Positions 20,996-30,510 of a DNA stretch of 64,000 bases are shown here, in pieces. The translations under genes were made by a program, and so were the position numbers. The stretch spans positions 18,999 through 82,998 of IMG/VR virus record IMGVR_UViG_3300037882_002350; one strand, 5' to 3'. Origin of the DNA: a virus (taxonomy: Duplodnaviria; Heunggongvirae; Uroviricota; Caudoviricetes). The notes under the pieces were generated by a model. The model did no database searches, was not told where the DNA came from, and saw only the letters and a program-made list of their open reading frames with translations. The first letter of the stretch is position 1; every line of letters starts with the position of its first letter.

Positions 20996-21137
20996 AATGG
21001 AATCTATTAGCTATGTGATTATCGCTAAATCTGGCAGGGAAGTCATGGCTTTTGATACCTTAGAAAAGGCTAGGGAACGAAAACGAGACTTTCAAAGAAT
21101 TAAGGAACGAAAAATTACGGAAAGGATTATAGAATAG

Positions 21138-21161
21138 GCCGGTTTTTCCGGCCTTTTTTAT
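21138..21161 (+). terminator. intrinsic terminator
   Basis: GGCCGG-tttttc-CCGGCC followed by TTTTTTATT. Confidence 0.5.
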
Positions 21162-21495
21162 TGCGAATGATTCTCAATTGGCGCCGAAAATTTTGGTCGT
21201 GCTTCTCCATGTATAACGTGTAACCTATCGTTTGTGGGTTGTCAAGCGTTTTATTTATTTATTTTCAAGATATTTACTTTTTGTTAACCATTAGCTAGGG
21301 TAAGACTTGAAAGGGTTACACTATGGCAAAAACGCAACAGGCGCGCGACAATCTGCCGCCAATGATAACAATTTACTTGACTTTACAAGAAGCTGAAGCT
21401 ATAAGAGCAACCAATTGCACGGCACTGGCAAGGGTTAGACTGCGATTAAAGCAGTTGACAGTCAACAGTCAATTATCAATTGTAAAAGGTGATTA

Positions 21496-21894
21496 ATGTT
21501 AAAGCCGATTGATTTTTTTAGAGCTATGTTGGAAATCTCGGATTGCGTCATAGTTACGCAGAATTTCCGTCGGTTTACAAAACAAGACAAACATTTTGCT
21601 GCATATATGCAACAAGATGGTGACTGTGATTTCACTCTAACTTTTGATCGTAATATAGTCAACGATCCTGATCCGCTTTACTATATCGAGACGCTAGCCC
21701 ACGAATTAACGCACGTTGCGCAATATGCTAGCGGAAAAATGGTTGACGGATGCGGAAGTATAGTTTACTGGGATGGGCAAGCTATAGATGAATCGACTGC
21801 TGATTATTGGCTTTTACCGTGGGAAGTTGAAGCCAGAGAAAAACAATTGGAATTAACACTAGCATGGCTAGCATATAACGAAAGGCATCATTAA
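21496..21894 (+). CDS. SprT-like HExxH zinc-metallopeptidase domain protein
   Basis: HELTHVAQY motif. C-terminal WLLPWEVEAREKQLE. It is a paralogue of 39765..40154 (HEMVHVWQH ... LRPWELEARALE). Confidence 0.4.
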   Translation: MLKPIDFFRAMLEISDCVIVTQNFRRFTKQDKHFAAYMQQDGDCDFTLTFDRNIVNDPDPLYYIETLAHELTHVAQYASGKMVDGCGSIVYWDGQAIDESTADYWLLPWEVEAREKQLELTLAWLAYNERHH

Positions 21895-21895
21895 G

Positions 21896-22204
21896 ATGAA
21901 TGAAGCACTCAAAAAAGGCTTGACATTGCCGCAATTATTCTGGAATATGCCACCTAGTGAGAAAGGCGGCTGGATCGGCATGTGTCTAATTCATGGCGCA
22001 ACCTTACCTATCACTATAGGCAATGTGTTAGGATGGACTAAAAACTTGCCCCCGCTTTCAATGGTTTTGATGATATGGGCGGGGCTTGTTCTTTACCTTT
22101 GGCGGGCTGTCGCAACGCAGGACCGATTGCATATTGTTAGCAATTCGATAGGCTTTATTTTTCAAAGCGTTTTGCTTGCACTGATATTTTTACCTATATT
22201 TTAG
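21896..22204 (+). CDS. membrane protein
   Basis: 102 aa with three hydrophobic segments. Confidence 0.3.
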   Translation: MNEALKKGLTLPQLFWNMPPSEKGGWIGMCLIHGATLPITIGNVLGWTKNLPPLSMVLMIWAGLVLYLWRAVATQDRLHIVSNSIGFIFQSVLLALIFLPIF

Positions 22205-22588
22205 AGAAAAGGGGCTTGACAATGGAAGAACAATGTGAAATAACTATTTCTAGCGCAATCGCTGTTTTGCTTCGCAATGCTATGCAGGACTATTTAGTTA
22301 ATGTAGCAGATGCGGATAACTCAGATGAATGTGACGCCTTTGCATCGCTTATGGTGGGTTTTGATGAATGTGATCGCATTGTTATCACGGTAAAGGACTA
22401 AATAATTATGTGACAAAAATGTCACATAATTAGCGCCGAAAATTTTGGGCGACTTCCCACCTTTAACTTACATATAGATGAAAGCATGGGGCACGTCAAG
22501 CATTTTATTTTAGGGGCATGTCTTTTTTATTGTTGACAAGCCTAGTCTTTTCTGACAATGCTAAGGCAAGGCAAAAGGAGCATTAAAG

Positions 22589-23161
22589 ATGGCAAATATC
22601 ATTTTTGATTTAGACGGGACGGTTATTGACACAAGCCACCGTTACCGCAATAAGCCTTGCGGCGATATAGATTTAGATTTTTGGTTTGAAAATTCAATTC
22701 CTGAAAAAATTGCGCAAGATAGCTTGCTACCTTTGGCAGACAGTTGGAAACGCTTCTATAATGAAGGGCACACAATAATTGTATGCACGGCGCGCTCTTG
22801 GGATAGGCACCCGAATTTACCTATTGATTTAGGGCCAATTTACGAAAGTTTTTTGCATGATAACGGTTTGCATTATCATGCGCTGCTATACCGTAATTTA
22901 GCCGGTCCCCGACATGAAAATTTAGGGGACGGTGATCTGAAAATTCGATTGCTAACAGACTATGCCCTATCACAAGGTTATAAATCTATAGCGGATATGG
23001 GCGCTATCATGTTTGATGACAATATAAAAGTTATTCAAGCGATGATAGGAGAGAGGCTAGTGTGTTGCGACGCGACTAGCTACAATAGGCAACTTGCAAA
23101 AGGGAAAACAATCGGAAAAAGCATTTTTGATTTGGCAAATAAATGGAGATTAGCATCATGA
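22589..23161 (+). CDS. HAD-superfamily phosphatase (T5 dmp-like 5'-deoxyribonucleotidase candidate)
   Basis: N-terminal IIFDLDGTVIDT matches the HAD motif I DxDGT. Size 190 aa. It sits in the pre-early-like block next to the A1-like gene. Confidence 0.45.
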   Translation: MANIIFDLDGTVIDTSHRYRNKPCGDIDLDFWFENSIPEKIAQDSLLPLADSWKRFYNEGHTIIVCTARSWDRHPNLPIDLGPIYESFLHDNGLHYHALLYRNLAGPRHENLGDGDLKIRLLTDYALSQGYKSIADMGAIMFDDNIKVIQAMIGERLVCCDATSYNRQLAKGKTIGKSIFDLANKWRLAS

Positions 23162-23406
23162 ACGAATTTTTAGTAATGTTCGCCCTATCGGCTGGCGGTC
23201 TTGCGGCGCTTTATTGGAAACTGAAAAAAACTAATTTAGACATTCCAGAGGAAGCAGAAAAATTTGTAGAGAATGCAAAAAGCTATCGAGACGCGCTAGG
23301 AAACGAAACAACACTTGTTATTCATATCAACCCGCGCGAAGGGGTTGACTTGCCCCGCGCTGGAATAGGTCATAATGGCGGACCACCTTTAAGCGAACGG
23401 GAATAA
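23158..23406 (+). CDS. hypothetical protein with N-terminal TM helix
   Basis: 82-aa ORF starting MNEFLVMFALSAGGLAALYW. Confidence 0.3.
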   Translation: MNEFLVMFALSAGGLAALYWKLKKTNLDIPEEAEKFVENAKSYRDALGNETTLVIHINPREGVDLPRAGIGHNGGPPLSERE

Positions 23407-23600
23407 ATTAGGCGGCTGGATTTATTCAGCCGCCAATTGGCGCCGAAAATTTTAGGCGACTTCCCACCTTTAACTTACATATAACCATAAATAAACGTGT
23501 TGTCAAGCCTTTTTATTTTATTTTTTCGCTTGCAATCCCGTTTTGTTTCGCCTAAGCCGGTTTTGTCGCAACTATCGCGGCGATTATAGGAAGACAGAAA

Positions 23601-25262
23601 ATGACTGTTAAGTTACAACCGGAAACTATAGCTTACTTCAAAGCTGCTGGCGTTTTTCGTGCTAAGACAGATGAAAAGGCACGGGAAAAATTTGATGAAA
23701 GTGTAGAAGATTTTGACGGTGAAGACGATTGCGAAACAAAAGACGCGCTTTTTACCGCGCTTATTGCTTGGCGCGATGAAACAAAGCTTGTAAAATTGCA
23801 AGCTGATGCTGCACGAGAACGCAAGCGGCAACAAAAAGCGGAAGCGGACGCCGCAAAGCCACTAACGGCTTCAATTGATAGCGTTGCAGATGTTATCAAG
23901 AAAATGCCGCACGGTCGATATGTTTTGACCGTGGCGCAAAATAACACGGATATCGACCCTGATATGTTTGCAGCGTTGCAACATTATTGTGTTGAAATGG
24001 ACGCAACTTTATTAATTGCCCGAACGACCTATAACAAGGGCGGGTTCAGGCAACCGGACGTAAATGACACAGAAGGGGAGAAGGGCGCTATTTTTTATGA
24101 TGATGCGGTGCAACCCTATCTTGTTTCCGGTCATATTGATTTAGGCGGCAAATTTCATTTTATCGCAGACGCTAACGTCATTGTAACAACAAAATGGCCG
24201 ACTAGCGGATTTGACGGCATTGCACCCGCTGGCGTGGGAGTTATAATTCCAGCCAGCAAAATTGAATTGCGCGTTAGCGCGGCGCTAAAAAATGCCCCTA
24301 ACAAAGTAATTGCCGCTACTGGTGCAATTACAAAGCGAAACTACATTATGCGCAAAGCGGGGGCGCAAGCCGCCTTTGCGCACTCAATCGGCGCTATTTT
24401 TGTAGATACGAAAAAAGGCACAATCCGCCATCTTGAACAGATGGAAGGGACAAAGGGCTTTTATGACATGGACCGCTTTTTTTCACCCTATGGGGTTAAG
24501 GATGCGTTAGGGCATGTTGCGGCGTTGCAATTTGGCGATATTCACGCTGAAAAGATGGAGCGTAAAAACATGAAAGCGGCGCTTGCTCTTATAGAGCAGT
24601 TGCAACCGGCTAACGTGATTTTGCATGATCTGCTAGATTTTTCATCCCGTAATCATCACAATATAAAAGATCCGACTTTCATTCATGCGCAAATGGTCGC
24701 AGGAAATACCGTCAAAGGCGACTTGCAAAAAATGGCCGCTATTGTAGATGAATTTCTTGCAACTGGCGTTAACTTGCATGTTATTGAAAGCAATCACGAC
24801 CTTGCGATTAATACTTGGTTGAAAAATGCCGATTTTAAAAATGATCCCGTAAATGCTGTTGTGTATCTTGATTGCATGTTAGCACTTTACAAGCATCAAG
24901 AAAAAGGGGGCAAGGATTACTTTAATATGCTATCCTTTGCTTATTCCAATATCGGGGGTGGTCGTTTTGCAGAAAGCATCGACTTTCACGAAACGGACGA
25001 AACGCTAACTATAGCCGGTGTGGAAATGGGCAATCATGGGCATAATGGGGTTAATGGCGCAAGGGGCAACCCTAAAGGATTTGCCGCATTAGGTGTAAAA
25101 ATGAACACCGGACATACGCATAGCCCTAGCATATATGGCCCTTGCTATACAGCCGGTGTTACCGCTTCCCTAGATATGGATTACAACAAGGGCGCATCGT
25201 CGTGGGCGATTGCCCACCTTGTCACCTATGACAACGGACAGCGACAAATTTTATTCGCTTGA
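23601..25262 (+). CDS. A1-like calcineurin-type metallophosphoesterase (Mre11/SbcD-like nuclease fold)
   Basis: 553 aa with phosphoesterase motifs in order: GDIH, LHDLLD, ESNHD, GNHGH, GHTH. Its size and context are close to T5 pre-early protein A1 (about 556 aa). The T5 A1 sequence itself was not compared. Confidence 0.55.
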   Translation: MTVKLQPETIAYFKAAGVFRAKTDEKAREKFDESVEDFDGEDDCETKDALFTALIAWRDETKLVKLQADAARERKRQQKAEADAAKPLTASIDSVADVIKKMPHGRYVLTVAQNNTDIDPDMFAALQHYCVEMDATLLIARTTYNKGGFRQPDVNDTEGEKGAIFYDDAVQPYLVSGHIDLGGKFHFIADANVIVTTKWPTSGFDGIAPAGVGVIIPASKIELRVSAALKNAPNKVIAATGAITKRNYIMRKAGAQAAFAHSIGAIFVDTKKGTIRHLEQMEGTKGFYDMDRFFSPYGVKDALGHVAALQFGDIHAEKMERKNMKAALALIEQLQPANVILHDLLDFSSRNHHNIKDPTFIHAQMVAGNTVKGDLQKMAAIVDEFLATGVNLHVIESNHDLAINTWLKNADFKNDPVNAVVYLDCMLALYKHQEKGGKDYFNMLSFAYSNIGGGRFAESIDFHETDETLTIAGVEMGNHGHNGVNGARGNPKGFAALGVKMNTGHTHSPSIYGPCYTAGVTASLDMDYNKGASSWAIAHLVTYDNGQRQILFA

Positions 25263-25475
25263 TTGCGATAAGGAAGGGGTGGCGCTTGATTGTGTCGCCC
25301 TTTTCTTTTACCTTGGAATGATACGTTATATCATTACACAAAATTATTTGCAGATATTGAAAATAAATGTTGACAGCAAGGCGCTTGCTAGGTATAAGAG
25401 ATTATCAAGAGCGGGGAAGCCTCCAAACTTGAAACAAGTTGGCAATGTCGCCAAATTGAAAAAAGGAAAATGCAA

Positions 25476-25916
25476 ATGACTAAAGAAAAAACACCGAATT
25501 ATTCCGCCGCACAAGTTGCGTTGATTGTCTCGACTGCTGCTGCTGCTGGCGGTTCGCTAAATCTCGATCTCGCAAAATCGCTTGCCGCTGATCCTGCGAT
25601 GAATAGTGAAGACGGACCGCGCAATTATCGCTCAATTGTTGCCAAAATCTCTCAAATGGTTCGCGCTGGCGACACTGTGGAAGTTGACGGCGAAAATGTG
25701 CCGATCACCTATGAACGCAAGCAACCGACAACAAAGGACGGCAAGCCGGTCACGAAAAAAGTCGATTTGGTCAATCAAATTGCATCGCTTGCCGGTGTAA
25801 ATGCGGCCAAGCTTGACGGCATGGACAAAGCACCTAAACAGGCGCTTGAAACCATTGTTGCGGCGCTTGAAAGTCGGGGTGGTGATCCTGTGGAAGCAAC
25901 AGGCACGGACGGCTAA
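25476..25916 (+). CDS. hypothetical protein (A2-position gene)
   Basis: 146 aa with RBS aaaaaaggaaa. It sits downstream of the A1-like gene behind a TTGACA-N17-TATAAG promoter. Confidence 0.35.
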   Translation: MTKEKTPNYSAAQVALIVSTAAAAGGSLNLDLAKSLAADPAMNSEDGPRNYRSIVAKISQMVRAGDTVEVDGENVPITYERKQPTTKDGKPVTKKVDLVNQIASLAGVNAAKLDGMDKAPKQALETIVAALESRGGDPVEATGTDG

Positions 25917-26326
25917 GGCCGGACCAACAAGCGGGGCGGCGCTTTCAATCCGCCCATATAAACGCGACGACGTTTTGAAACCTTTCGTTCCCAAGTGAAA
26001 CCGTTGGACAGGTTAGGAATATAACGGATAGTAGCAACGGCCAATTTCCTAATGAGCCGTAAGGGCAAAAGAGCAAAAGGGGCAAATTGCCCCTTTTGCT
26101 AATACTGCATAATGATATGTTATAACATAACATCAAGATTCCAGCCAAAACTTATCCACAATTAAAATGGTTAAAAGGCTTGACAAGCCCGAAAAATGTT
26201 GTTATGTTCATACCAAGGATGGCGCCGAAAATTTTGTGTCGCCAACACGCAATAAAATTACGTGCGATTTTACTTGACAATACAAATGGATTAAGGCATA
26301 ACGAGATTAACGAAAGGGCGTAGAAG

Positions 26327-26587
26327 ATGACTACCATAATTACAGAAATTAAGATTCCCTGTCGATGGGCTAAACCCCATCCAACTGGCACAAGTGTTTC
26401 TGACAGGGATGCTGTAGCCGTTTTTTCATTAGGGGTTGGCCCTTGCGGCAAAGAAGTTAATAAGCTAGATATGGTTTACGACAATCCTGCTTATTTCGCT
26501 GTTGTGCAATATTGTGACGGGGAAGCAAAAACTTTTGTTTACCCTTATCACACAATAACAGGCAGAATTAAAATAACTGAAAAATAG
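26327..26587 (+). CDS. hypothetical protein
   Basis: 86-aa ORF preceded by a GGCGCCGAAAATTTT motif and a TTGACA box. Confidence 0.3.
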   Translation: MTTIITEIKIPCRWAKPHPTGTSVSDRDAVAVFSLGVGPCGKEVNKLDMVYDNPAYFAVVQYCDGEAKTFVYPYHTITGRIKITEK

Positions 26588-26813
26588 TTCTTGACAGTGC
26601 AATCAAAACGCGCTATAAGAGAGAAACGAGGCAAGGAAGTAACCAACCCTTGTGCAAGCGTTTAGCCATTGCCCTGACCTTATTCCGTGTGGTAGCGGAG
26701 AGGACACCTATTGGGGATTGACGCTAAAGGGCGTGGCAGAAAAGCTACTCAAAATCTACCGCTAGTGGTATAAATTCTAGCTAAGCGGGGAATAATGGCC
26801 ATTATTCCCCGTC
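26587..26813 (+). ncRNA. short promoter-to-hairpin transcription unit A (sRNA or micropeptide transcript)
   Basis: TTGACAG-N16-TATAAGAG promoter at 26591-26623, followed by about 190 nt without an ORF of 30 aa or more. It ends in the perfect hairpin GCGGGGAATAATGG/CCATTATTCCCCG. Confidence 0.3.
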
Positions 26814-26931
26814 GAAAATTTAGAGAGCCTTTTCAACGCTGTTGAGGCGTCAAGATTAGTAATCGTGAATAGCGGCCTAACTAGCCCTGTTTTGGAAAGG
26901 CTCTCTAAGTTTTTGACAAAAGGGCACAAAA

Positions 26932-27225
26932 ATGCGAGTAATTTTCAAAAGCCACTGGCACCCGAATAGCAACGGCACTGAATATACAGACGTTCTAGGG
27001 ATTTACCCCGATTTAGGTGAGCAAGCACAAAAAGACGCTAATCAGGCTGCATGGGACCGCTACGAGGAAATGAGCGAGGAAGAGCAGGAGGAAGACGGCG
27101 TCGAGGATGAGGGACCGTATGTAATTATCGAGGAATATGATCCGGAAATCCATGACGGCGAACGCGCTGGCGGTGGGTCGTTTGAAGATGAATTTGCGGA
27201 AATAGAAAAAGCATTTATTGCTTGA
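26932..27225 (+). CDS. highly acidic small protein (DNA-mimic candidate)
   Basis: 97 aa with long Asp/Glu runs (EEMSEEEQEEDGVEDEGPYVIIEEYDPEIHDGE...FEDEFAEIEKAF) in the pre-early-like block. Confidence 0.35.
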   Translation: MRVIFKSHWHPNSNGTEYTDVLGIYPDLGEQAQKDANQAAWDRYEEMSEEEQEEDGVEDEGPYVIIEEYDPEIHDGERAGGGSFEDEFAEIEKAFIA

Positions 27226-27604
27226 CATTAAAAGCAATATGAAGTAATTCTTGGCCCTAGCGGACAATATTCTAGACGTTCACGCTAGGACAGATAGGCG
27301 AAGGTGACAACAAGCAAGGCAATAGTAGAACGCTATAAGGTCAATCTGCTCGTTTTTGAGTTAGCTTGCACTGAATGAGGCTAAACCGAATTGACACGGG
27401 CCTCTTAACCGGAAATAAACCCGCCTTGTGCGGGTTTATTTTTGCGCTTTTTTCACTTGACAAGATCCAATTCCGCCACTATAATAAAAGTAGCGACCAA
27501 AATTGGCGCCGAAAATTTGCAGATACCCCACCCATTATAATTACGTATAGCTATAAGTCTAGTTACTGTCAAGCGAAAAAATTTCACATTTTGCGATTAT
27601 TTTT

Positions 27605-27925
27605 ATTGACAGGACGGTCAAAACGCGATATAAGAGATTATCAAGACGAGATAAGCCTTAAGCAAGTGGAGGCGTCTTGGGTGGGTAGTCCGGCCCTAGA
27701 TACCGTGATAGCGTGCCAATACGGGGTTAATAAATTGGTGTGACACTTCCTGTCACTAAGGTGGAGCGTAGGCTATTTCGGCCTGTCGATAATACCAAAC
27801 GAAACCGGAACCTATTCCGCTTGACAGTAAATAGGCGTTATCACATAACGTAAAAGAGGCTCGCTTGGCTTCGCGTGAAAAAGAAAAGCCGTTGCGGAGT
27901 CATGACCGTAACGGCTTTTTGATTT
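27605..27925 (+). ncRNA. short promoter-to-terminator transcription unit B
   Basis: TTGACAG-N17-TATAAGAG, then the conserved leader ATTATCAAGA, then about 280 nt with no long ORF. The only candidate is a 21-codon GTG frame behind a GGAGG. It ends in terminator GCCGTTGCGG...CCGTAACGGC-TTTTTGATTTTTT. Confidence 0.35.
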
Positions 27926-27939
27926 TTTCTGAAAATAAG

Positions 27940-28170
27940 TCTTGACAGAACAGTCAAAGCGCGCTATAAGAGATTATCAAGAGGGTGGAAACCTAGATAT
28001 AGGACAATAAAGCTCTCTTGACTCATTGATATGGTTCGCTACCGGACATTGAGGGTGGTTCCGTGTGTTGCCATAAGCTGACGGACGTTGGGGCTTGTTC
28101 CCGTAGCGACAAAAACGCAACAAGCTAGAGCCGCAGGGTGCGCGATTGCCCTGCGGCTTGAATTTTATTT
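27940..28170 (+). ncRNA. short promoter-to-terminator transcription unit C
   Basis: TTGACAG-N17-TATAAGAG plus ATTATCAAGAG leader. About 180 nt. Terminator GCCGCAGGG-tgcgcgatt-GCCCTGCGGC-TTGAATTTTATTT. Confidence 0.35.
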
Positions 28171-28189
28171 AGCTTTAATAAAATTAATT

Positions 28190-28416
28190 ATTGACATGAT
28201 GCCGTTTTGTTGTTATAAGAAGCTATCAAGACGGCGGAGGCATTCACCGAATTGACAACGTAAATCTAGGTTACGGGGCTTGAAATGAGACTTCAAGGGG
28301 CGCTTTGCATAATCCCTATTGAAATAGATGTTCTGGTCTGCCTATACGTCCGTAATTGCAAATAATCGGGCAACCTTGCAAAAGAACGTGGAGGGCGGCA
28401 GAAATGCCGCCCTTTT
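28190..28416 (+). ncRNA. short promoter-to-terminator transcription unit D
   Basis: TTGACATG-N16-TATAAGAAG plus CTATCAAGA leader. About 180 nt. Terminator GGGCGGCA-gaaa-TGCCGCCC-TTTTT. Confidence 0.35.
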
Positions 28417-29665
28417 TCACCATATACGCATGATATGTTATAACATATCATGCCGCTTCGCGGCAAGTGGAACAAAACAGGAACAACCCCCTAGCGCCGA
28501 CGCGAGTAGTACGTCAACAACTATTTTACGCATACGTGCGCCGGCCGCCCAGTGCGAAATCTAGTACTATTTTTACGTGTGGCCACAACTTACCTCAAAT
28601 ATACAACTTAAACAGCCCCTCCCCACCCTGGTATACTAGCAGAGCTTGAAGCATCAGTCAAGTGCTAAATTGAGCGTCTCCGCGCACGTGTTGTTGCAAG
28701 CTCATACCAGTAGGCCTTCAATGAGCCCTGTTTTGGACATATTCCGACTTATTTGTAGTTTAACGAAGCTTGGGCAAGTTTTTTCACCGAAGGTGAATTT
28801 ATTTGCCCCAACTTTGAGTTAAAGCGACTTATTTTCATTTCCCGACTCGTTTTGGTCGTTGAGAGTTGGTATTCTGGAACATTCTGCGCCCGACAGCGAA
28901 AAATTCGGGCCGGCGAAAAAAATTTGCTGCGGACCTGCAGCAAGCTGTAGCAGGACTCACGCTTCGCGTGAAAAAGGCTTCAATCTAGTACAATATCAAC
29001 ACTAGATATATTCGTAAGGCAATAAAATACCCCCACTAGTACTAGACCAATGGAGGTTTAAACGAGCTAGAGTGGACTAGGGAGGGAGGCGGCCTGGGCG
29101 CTGGAATCCTCTTATAAGTCCACATAAATCAAAACAAACCCATCCACAGCCCCATTAGTATCCCAGTAGTAGCAACGTAACAAATAATCAAGTCGAAAAT
29201 GGTGTTTTTCAAAACACGGAGTTGTAGCCGACAGAAGCTATTATGACAGTAATAAATTTGTGGTGAAGTTGTTGGTAAAAGCGAGTTGTAGATAAGTAGT
29301 TAGTAAGTGTACGCGAAGCGTACTACGTTTGCGATAAGTTAGATAGAAGTAGATATAAGTTAATAGATATCTCACTTCACAGGGAACATTCTCTCTTGGC
29401 TACGCGGAGCTACGCCAGAGAATATTCCATGAGTGATATCTATTTTTAGTAATATAAAGAATTTGTGTATCAATCCATCATATAATATATGTTATAACAC
29501 ACTTTTTCCACAAATGCAAGAACTTTTTTGGAGGGGGTACGGTAGAAACGGAGTGAAATACCCAAGTCTTTATTTAAGGCCCCTTGCGAAAATCCTTGAC
29601 AAAGATGGTCTTTTTCTCTATACTGCTACTTAACACACTAATGTGTCAGTATTCAAGCAACGAAG

Positions 29666-30139
29666 TTGCACAATTTGGAGAATTACATGAAAAATATCTT
29701 TTACTCTACAAAGCTAGACAAGAATAAAAATAAGTTAACAGTAGGTTATCTCACTAGTAAAAATCGTGACCGTTACGGCGGTGATGGTTCTAAACAAGAT
29801 ACAGTATTTTTTGCGGATTTTAATTCCGAAGGAAAACTAGCACTGTTCGATACTAGCGTGCATGATGACGTTAAGGGTCATGTAATGCGTGCTATGATTG
29901 TAAATAACGGAGCACTAGCGACGGATAGTTCTGGTGGAAATTTTGTACTTTATGCAAAGTTGAATGATGTGTGGTCTCGAACTCCTTTTAGTTTTGGTGA
30001 TTTTAGTGCTGCTAACTCTGCTATGAAAACGATGATTAGTCAGTATCAAGCGATGTTGGTTCGTGACGAATCAGAAACTAAAGAACATGTTACAGAAAAA
30101 GAAGACATATACGATGCAGATTTGACTATTGGAGAATAG
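29666..30139 (+). CDS. hypothetical early protein
   Basis: 157-aa ORF with RBS ggagaattacATG. First gene after the long non-coding stretch. Confidence 0.4.
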   Translation: MHNLENYMKNIFYSTKLDKNKNKLTVGYLTSKNRDRYGGDGSKQDTVFFADFNSEGKLALFDTSVHDDVKGHVMRAMIVNNGALATDSSGGNFVLYAKLNDVWSRTPFSFGDFSAANSAMKTMISQYQAMLVRDESETKEHVTEKEDIYDADLTIGE

Positions 30140-30249
30140 GGGCACCCCTTAAAAATAGTCAAAAACTGTAGTCTAATTCTGGGCAGAAGTTGATTCTGTT
30201 CTTGACTGTTATGGTTTTTCACACTATAGTGAGTTCTTGAAAGGGATTT

Positions 30250-30510
30250 ATGCGTAAAAATTCAGAAACAATTTACCAAGCAAACCAACGAGGACTACTA
30301 GTTGGTTCAAAAGCAGAGATAACTACTAAACATCATCTCCCTTCGTGGCATGGTAAGTGTGTAGTAATTCTTAGTATAGATGAAATTGAATATAAAGCAA
30401 TGGGACAATATCCGGAAGATTATACTTATACAACACTACGCATAACTACCCGCCCTTCGGCGGGTCATGAATGGATGTTTTATAAATTAGAGGACTTGAA
30501 AGCAATATGA
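30250..30510 (+). CDS. hypothetical early protein
   Basis: 86-aa ORF behind promoter-like TTGACTG...CACTATAGT. Confidence 0.3.
   Translation: MRKNSETIYQANQRGLLVGSKAEITTKHHLPSWHGKCVVILSIDEIEYKAMGQYPEDYTYTTLRITTRPSAGHEWMFYKLEDLKAI

Noticed and set aside
27375-27743. 123-aa ORF 27375..27743
   Set aside because: It runs straight through two TTGACA/TATAAG promoters and a GGCGCCGAAAATTT element. It has no RBS, and its frame only coincides with a possible 21-codon micropeptide at its end.
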